Positions 58,942-64,000 of a DNA stretch of 64,000 bases are shown in pieces; position 1 is the first letter of the stretch, and every line of letters starts with the position of its first letter. This DNA is from Paracoccaceae bacterium (GTDB lineage: Bacteria; Pseudomonadota; Alphaproteobacteria; Rhodobacterales; Rhodobacteraceae): the NCBI GenBank assembly GCA_047605605.1, contig JASGFG010000005.1, positions 3,633-67,632 of the forward strand, in the 5' to 3' direction. The notes under the pieces are model-generated. The model saw only the letters and a list, made by a program, of their open reading frames with translations. It was not told where the DNA came from and did not search any database. Both the position numbers and the translations under genes were made by a program.

Positions 58942-61871
58942 GGATCGCAGGCAAGGGTCTGATCGACCGGCACGCCACCTTGGGTTTTCGCTTTGACGGC
59001 GCCGATTACGGTGGGTTCAAGGGTGATACGCTGGCCTCGGCGCTGCTGGCGAACGGGGTGAAACTGGTCGGCCGCAGCTTCAAGTATCACCGCCCCCGCG
59101 GCATCCTGACTGCCGGCCCGGAAGAGCCGAATGCCCTGGTCGAGGTGCTGGAGGGCGCGCAGCAGACCCCAAACGTGCGCGCCACCGTGCAAGAGGTCTA
59201 CGACGGCCTGACCGCACGCAGCCAGAACCGCTGGCCCTCGCTGCGGTTCGATGCGCTGGCGGTCAACGACCTGGCCGCGCCGTTCTTTGGCGCCGGTTTC
59301 TATTACAAGACCTTCATGTGGCCGCGGGCCCTGTGGGAGAAACTTTACGAACCTGCGATCCGTCGGGCGGCGGGGCTGGGCAAGCTGTCGGGCCGGCATG
59401 ACGAGGCGGATTATGAAAAGGCCTGGGCCTTTTGCGACCTGCTGGTCATCGGCTCTGGCCCCACGGGTCTGATGGCGGCGCTGACGGCGGCGCGGGCGGG
59501 GGCGGATGTCATCCTGGCCGAGCAGGGGGCGCGGATGGGCGGGCGCCTGCTGGACGAAACCCTGTCCGTCGGCGGACAGACCGGCGCGGCCTGGGCGGCG
59601 GCCACGCTGGCCGAACTCGCCAGCCTGCCGAACGTCCGGCTGATGACCCGCACCACCGTGACCGGCGCCTATGACAACGGCACCTTCGGCGCGCTGGAGC
59701 GGGTGGCGCTGCACGTCCAGCCCGAAAGCGGGGCGCCGCGCGAATGCTTCTGGCGGATCGTGGCAAAGCGGTCGGTCCTGGCGGCGGGCGCGCTGGAGCG
59801 GTCCATCGCCTTTGAAAACAACGACCGGCCCGGCGTCATGCTGGCCTCGGGCGTGCGCAGCTATCTGAACCGCTATGGTGTGGCGGCGGGCAAGAAGGTC
59901 GTGGTCTTCGCCAACAACGACGATGCCCGCCGCACCGCGCGCGATCTGGTCGCGGCGGGGGTGGAGGTCACGCTGATCGACAGCCGCCCCTCGGCCCCGG
60001 TGGCCGAAAACTTCCCCGTCCATCACGGCGCGGTCGTCACCGGCACCCGCGGGCGTCATGGCCTGACCGAGGTGCAGGTCAGGCGCGGGTCGGAAACCTT
60101 TGTCCTTGCCGCCGACTGCCTTGCCGTCTCGGGCGGCTGGAACCCGACCGTGCATCTGACCTGCCATATGAACGGCCGCCCGGTCTGGGATGAAACCATC
60201 GCGGCCTTCGTTCCCGCGCCCGATGCCGTGCCCGGCCTGATCCCGGCGGGGGCCGCGGCCGGGGTCTATTCGACCTCTGCCTGCCTTGCCGCCGGTCAGG
60301 TCGCCGCGCGCACTGTCCTTGCCGATCTGGGCCGCAGCGTGACCGACGCGCCCCTGCCCGAGGCCGACGATGCGGCGGGCGGGATCGACCCGCTCTGGGC
60401 GGTGCCGCCGGTCAAGCCGACCCTGTGGTCGCGGCAATGGCTGGACCTTGCCAATGACGTGACGGTCAAGGACGTGAAGCTGGCCGCGCAGGAAAATTTC
60501 GCCAGCGTCGAGCATATGAAGCGTTACACGACGCAAGGCATGGCGCCGGATCAGGGCAAGAACTCCAACGTCGCGGCGCTGGCGATCCTGGCGGATGCGA
60601 CGGGCCGGGCGATCCCGGAAACCGGGACCACCACCTTCCGGCCGCCCTTCACCCCCGTTTCCATCGCCGCGATGGGGGCAGGGGGCCGTGCGCAGGGCTT
60701 TGCCCCGCAACGCTTCCTGACCTCGGACCAGGCCAGCCGCGACCGCAACGCCCCGATGATCGAGGCGGGCCTTTGGTATCGGCCCAGCTATTTCCCCAGA
60801 CCGGGCGAGACCACCTGGCGCGAGGCCTGCGACCGCGAGGTCGCCATGGTGCGGGGCGCGGTCGGCGTGGCCGATGTCTCGACCCTGGGCAAGATCGACA
60901 TTCAGGGGGCGGATGCGGGGAAATTCCTTGATTTGGTCTATACCAACACCTTCTCGACCCTGCCGGTGGGCCGCGCGCGATACGGTCTCATGCTGCGCGA
61001 GGACGGGCATGTGCTGGATGACGGCACCACCTCGCGGCTTGGCGACAGCCATTACCTGATGACCACCACCACCGCCGCCGCCGGTCTGGTGATGCGGCAT
61101 CTGGATTTCGTCCATCAGGCGTTCTGCAAGGGATGGCAGGTCCGCTTTACCTCTGTCACCGAGGCCTGGGCTCAGTTCTGCATCGCCGGCCCCAAGGCCC
61201 GCGCGCTGCTGCATTCGGTGCTGGATGCGCCCCTGGGCGATTTCCCGTTCATGGCCGCCGGTCCGGTCACGATCCACGGCATTCCCGCGCGGCTGTTCCG
61301 CATCTCGTTCTCGGGCGAGGAAGGGTATGAGATCGCGGTTCCCACCCGCTATGGCGAGGCCTTGTTCCGCGATCTGCTGGCGCGGGCCGAAACCATGGGC
61401 GGCGGCCCCTATGGGATGGAGGCGCTGAACGTCCTGCGCATCGAAAAGGGCTTCATCACCCATGCCGAGATCCATGGCCGCGTGACCGCTTTCGACATCG
61501 GCATGGAAAAGATGGTCAGCGCGAAAAAGGACTGCATCGGCAAGGCCGCCGCCACCCGCCCCGGCCTGACCGGCCCCGAGCGTGAGCAACTGGTGGGGCT
61601 GAAGGCCATCGGCGCGGGCAGCCTGGCCTCGGGCGCGCATCTCTTCGTGCCGGGCGCAGAGGTCCGGCGCGAGACGGATCAGGGCTATGTCACCTCGGTC
61701 TGCTGGTCGCCGACGGTGGGCCGCTGGATCGGCCTTGCCTTCCTGAAGAACGGCCGCGCCCGTCATGGCCAGCGCATCCGCCTGGTCGACCACCTGCGCG
61801 GCATCGACACGCTGTGCGAGGTCTCGGACCCCGTGTTCCACGACCCCGAGGGAGGAAAGCTCCGTGCCTGA
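58938..61871 (+). CDS. soxA: sarcosine oxidase subunit alpha
   Basis: 977 aa with a nucleotide-binding LVIGSGPTGLMAA motif and a C-terminal aminomethyltransferase (GcvT)-like folate-binding domain. Confidence 0.9.
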   Translation: MRIAGKGLIDRHATLGFRFDGADYGGFKGDTLASALLANGVKLVGRSFKYHRPRGILTAGPEEPNALVEVLEGAQQTPNVRATVQEVYDGLTARSQNRWPSLRFDALAVNDLAAPFFGAGFYYKTFMWPRALWEKLYEPAIRRAAGLGKLSGRHDEADYEKAWAFCDLLVIGSGPTGLMAALTAARAGADVILAEQGARMGGRLLDETLSVGGQTGAAWAAATLAELASLPNVRLMTRTTVTGAYDNGTFGALERVALHVQPESGAPRECFWRIVAKRSVLAAGALERSIAFENNDRPGVMLASGVRSYLNRYGVAAGKKVVVFANNDDARRTARDLVAAGVEVTLIDSRPSAPVAENFPVHHGAVVTGTRGRHGLTEVQVRRGSETFVLAADCLAVSGGWNPTVHLTCHMNGRPVWDETIAAFVPAPDAVPGLIPAGAAAGVYSTSACLAAGQVAARTVLADLGRSVTDAPLPEADDAAGGIDPLWAVPPVKPTLWSRQWLDLANDVTVKDVKLAAQENFASVEHMKRYTTQGMAPDQGKNSNVAALAILADATGRAIPETGTTTFRPPFTPVSIAAMGAGGRAQGFAPQRFLTSDQASRDRNAPMIEAGLWYRPSYFPRPGETTWREACDREVAMVRGAVGVADVSTLGKIDIQGADAGKFLDLVYTNTFSTLPVGRARYGLMLREDGHVLDDGTTSRLGDSHYLMTTTTAAAGLVMRHLDFVHQAFCKGWQVRFTSVTEAWAQFCIAGPKARALLHSVLDAPLGDFPFMAAGPVTIHGIPARLFRISFSGEEGYEIAVPTRYGEALFRDLLARAETMGGGPYGMEALNVLRIEKGFITHAEIHGRVTAFDIGMEKMVSAKKDCIGKAAATRPGLTGPEREQLVGLKAIGAGSLASGAHLFVPGAEVRRETDQGYVTSVCWSPTVGRWIGLAFLKNGRARHGQRIRLVDHLRGIDTLCEVSDPVFHDPEGGKLRA

Positions 61872-62412
61872 ACTGCTCGCCAAACCCGCGATCGAGGCGG
61901 CGCCCCTCACCCTCGCCGGACTGACGCTTTCGGTGGCCGATCCCGGCCCGATCACCCTGATCGCCCCGTTTCCGGGCCAGGAAAAAGCCGTGGCCAAGGC
62001 GCTGAAGCCGCTTGGCCTGACCTTCCCCGGCCCGAATGCGGCGACGACCGCCGACGATACGCTGCTGGTCTGGACCGGCCGGGGGCAGGCGGCGCTGATC
62101 GGCGCCCCGGTGCCGCAGGGCCTGTCCTCCGCCGCCGCCGTCACCGACCAGACCGATGGCTGGGTCGCCCTGTCCCTGACCGGCCCGCGCGCCGATCAGG
62201 CGCTGATGCGGCTGATCCCGCTCGACCTGCGCGAGACGGCGCTGCCGACCGGCTCGGCCACCCGGTCGGGGCTGAACCACATGCCGATGATCCTGATCCG
62301 GCGGCCCGAAGGCTTTCTGATCGTGACTTTCCGCAGCATGGCGCGCACCGCCTGGCACGAACTGGAGGAGGTGCTTCGCCACCTCGACGCCCGCGACCTC
62401 CTGCCTGGCTGA
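61864..62412 (+). CDS. soxG: sarcosine oxidase subunit gamma
   Basis: The GTG start follows GGAGGA and overlaps the soxA stop. 182 aa, SoxG-like. Confidence 0.75.
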   Translation: MPELLAKPAIEAAPLTLAGLTLSVADPGPITLIAPFPGQEKAVAKALKPLGLTFPGPNAATTADDTLLVWTGRGQAALIGAPVPQGLSSAAAVTDQTDGWVALSLTGPRADQALMRLIPLDLRETALPTGSATRSGLNHMPMILIRRPEGFLIVTFRSMARTAWHELEEVLRHLDARDLLPG

Positions 62413-62416
62413 CCTG

Positions 62417-62490
62417 CCCATCCTCTTCGCGAAAATATCCTCGGGGGGTGAATTGGCCGGAACGGCCAAGAGGGGGGCAGACAGCCCCCC
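62417..62490 (-). repeat. intergenic repeat, subfamily 2, copy H
   Basis: The minus strand reads GGGGGGCTGTCTGCCCCCC-TCTTGG...CCAATTCACCCCCCGAGGATATTTTCGCGAAGAGGATGGG. On the plus strand its G6/C6 hairpin is followed by TTTCC right after soxG. Confidence 0.85.
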
Positions 62491-62534
62491 TTTCCGGCTT
62501 CCCCTCGGGCGCCCGACGTCCCATATTCAGGGCC

Positions 62535-64000
62535 ATGAGTCTTCCGCCCGGCTTTCTTGACGAATTGCGCACCCGCGTCACGCTGTCCAGCGTCGTGGGC
62601 CGCAAGGTCACATGGGACATGCGCAAGTCGAACCTGGCCAAGGGCGACTTCTGGGCGCCGTGCCCCTTTCATCAGGAAAAGTCGGCCAGCTTTCACGTCG
62701 ACGACCGCAAGGGGTTCTACTACTGCTTCGGCTGCCATGCGAAGGGCGATGCGCTGACCTTCGTCAAGGAAAGCGAAAACCTGGGTTTCATGGAGGCGGT
62801 CGAGCTCCTCGCGCGCGAGGCCGGGATGCAGATGCCCGCCCGCGACCCGCGCGCCGCGGAAAAGGCCGATCGCCGCAGCCTTCTGGCGCAGGTGGTGGAC
62901 GAGGCGCTGAAGTTCTATCGTCTGAACCTCAAGACCGGCGCCGGGGCGGCGGCGCGGCGCTATCTGGCCGAAAAGCGCCGCCTTCCCGAAGCGGCCTGGG
63001 ACCGCTGGGACCTGGGCTGGTCGCCGGAAAATGCCCAAGGCCTGGTCGAGGTGCTGCGCCAAAAGGGCGTTTCAGAGGATCTGATGGTCGCCTCGGGCGT
63101 CATCGCGAAATCCGACTCGGGCCGGCTTTACGACAGGTTCCACAACCGGCTGATCTTTCCGATCCGCGATGGCCGGGGGCGCGCCATCAGCTTTGGCGGC
63201 CGCAGCCTGGACCCGAATGCGCGGGCGAAATACCTGAATGGCCCGGAAACCGACCTGTTCGACAAGGGCCGCAACCTGTTCAACCACGCCCCCGCGCGCG
63301 AGGCGGCGGGCAAGGGCCAGCCGCTGGTCGTCGCCGAAGGCTATATGGACGTGATCGCCCTGTCCGAGGCCGGGTTCCGCGCCACCGTCGCGCCCCTGGG
63401 CACTGCCATCACCGAGGATCAGCTTCGCCTGATGTGGCGCATCGCGGCCGAGCCGGTGATCTCGCTGGACGGCGATGCGGCGGGGCAGCGCGCGGCCTTG
63501 CGGGTGATCGACCTGGCGCTGCCGATGATCGAGGCGGGGCAGGGGCTGCGCTTTGCGGTTCTGCCCGCGGGCCTCGACCCCGACGACCTGATCAAGGCGC
63601 GGGGCGCGGGCGCGATGCAGGCGGTGCTGGACAAGGCCGAGGCGATGGTGAACCTGCTGTGGCGGCGCGAGACGCAGGGGCAGGTCTTCGACAGTCCCGA
63701 ACGCCGCGCCGCGCTGGACAAACGGCTGCGCGCAGCCATCGCCCGCATCGCCGACCCCTCGATCCGCCAGCATTATGGCGAGGCGATCCGCCAGATGCGC
63801 GGCGATCTGTTCGGCACCGCGCCCCGCCAGAACGCCGCCTTCCTGCGCAAATGGACCGGGCCAGCGGGCCGCCGCGACCTGCCCCAGCCGCCGGTCGCGG
63901 CCACGCGTGGTTCGCTTCTCGCCTCGCTGGACCAGCCGGAAACCGTGCGCGAGGCGGTGATCCTTGCCACCTGCATCACCCACCCCGACCTGATCCACCG
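62535..64000 (+). CDS. dnaG: DNA primase (5' partial, continues beyond the window)
   Basis: My own translation from the ATG at 62535 gives MSLPPGFLDELRTRV...CPFHQEKSASFHV...YYCFGCHAKGD (CHC2 zinc finger), followed by a TOPRIM region (VVAEGYMDVIAL). There is no stop before 64000. Confidence 0.9.
   Translation, partial: MSLPPGFLDELRTRVTLSSVVGRKVTWDMRKSNLAKGDFWAPCPFHQEKSASFHVDDRKGFYYCFGCHAKGDALTFVKESENLGFMEAVELLAREAGMQMPARDPRAAEKADRRSLLAQVVDEALKFYRLNLKTGAGAAARRYLAEKRRLPEAAWDRWDLGWSPENAQGLVEVLRQKGVSEDLMVASGVIAKSDSGRLYDRFHNRLIFPIRDGRGRAISFGGRSLDPNARAKYLNGPETDLFDKGRNLFNHAPAREAAGKGQPLVVAEGYMDVIALSEAGFRATVAPLGTAITEDQLRLMWRIAAEPVISLDGDAAGQRAALRVIDLALPMIEAGQGLRFAVLPAGLDPDDLIKARGAGAMQAVLDKAEAMVNLLWRRETQGQVFDSPERRAALDKRLRAAIARIADPSIRQHYGEAIRQMRGDLFGTAPRQNAAFLRKWTGPAGRRDLPQPPVAATRGSLLASLDQPETVREAVILATCITHPDLIH

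Noticed and set aside
58845-62144. A 1099-aa ORF on the minus strand, antisense to soxA.
   Set aside because: Its composition is Arg/Gly/Ala/Pro-dominated with no domain-like sequence. It is the usual stop-codon-poor antisense frame of a GC-rich gene, and the plus-strand SoxA call is unambiguous.

Overview
This is a visibly GC-rich segment (I estimate about two-thirds G+C, not computed), and its gene content and order look alphaproteobacterial, Rhodobacterales-like. Most of it is core housekeeping.

Gene content, in order:
- rRNA methyltransferase, prfA-prmC, and a contiguous lptF-lptG-lptD-surA-pdxA-rsmA block divergent from pepA-holC.
- tkt, DUF4164-zapA, lexA with a GTTC-N7-GTTC SOS box, and trpG-trpD-trpC-moaC-moeA, with trpE elsewhere.
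- A TRAP transporter (dctQM convergent with dctP), ppiD, gpt, fabI, pdxH, a two-domain cold-shock protein, glpX and hom.
- An orphan TadE/TadE/TadG-VWA pseudopilin cluster, gdh, dps, soxB-(orf)-soxD-soxA-soxG, and the 5' part of dnaG.

There is one tRNA, tRNA-Pro(UGG). It is the insertion site of a decayed integrative element of about 4 kb. That element has a tyrosine integrase, an IS3/IS407-like IS and a truncated tail tape-measure gene, and is bounded by 24-bp direct repeats. I found no rRNA and no CRISPR array, and I cannot support any new multi-gene defence system.

The least explained signals:
- A family of at least 9 short intergenic repeats (hairpin, then ATATTT core, then purine run), all in spacers between same-strand genes. 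Some supply a Shine-Dalgarno, a terminator-like hairpin, or a sigma70-like -35/-10 geometry.
- Three unusually long (0.63-0.82 kb) gene-free tracts between convergent gene ends: 7251-7879, 22692-23428 and 47200-48023.

All calls come from reading the ORF translations and the sequence by eye. No database search or RNA folding was run.
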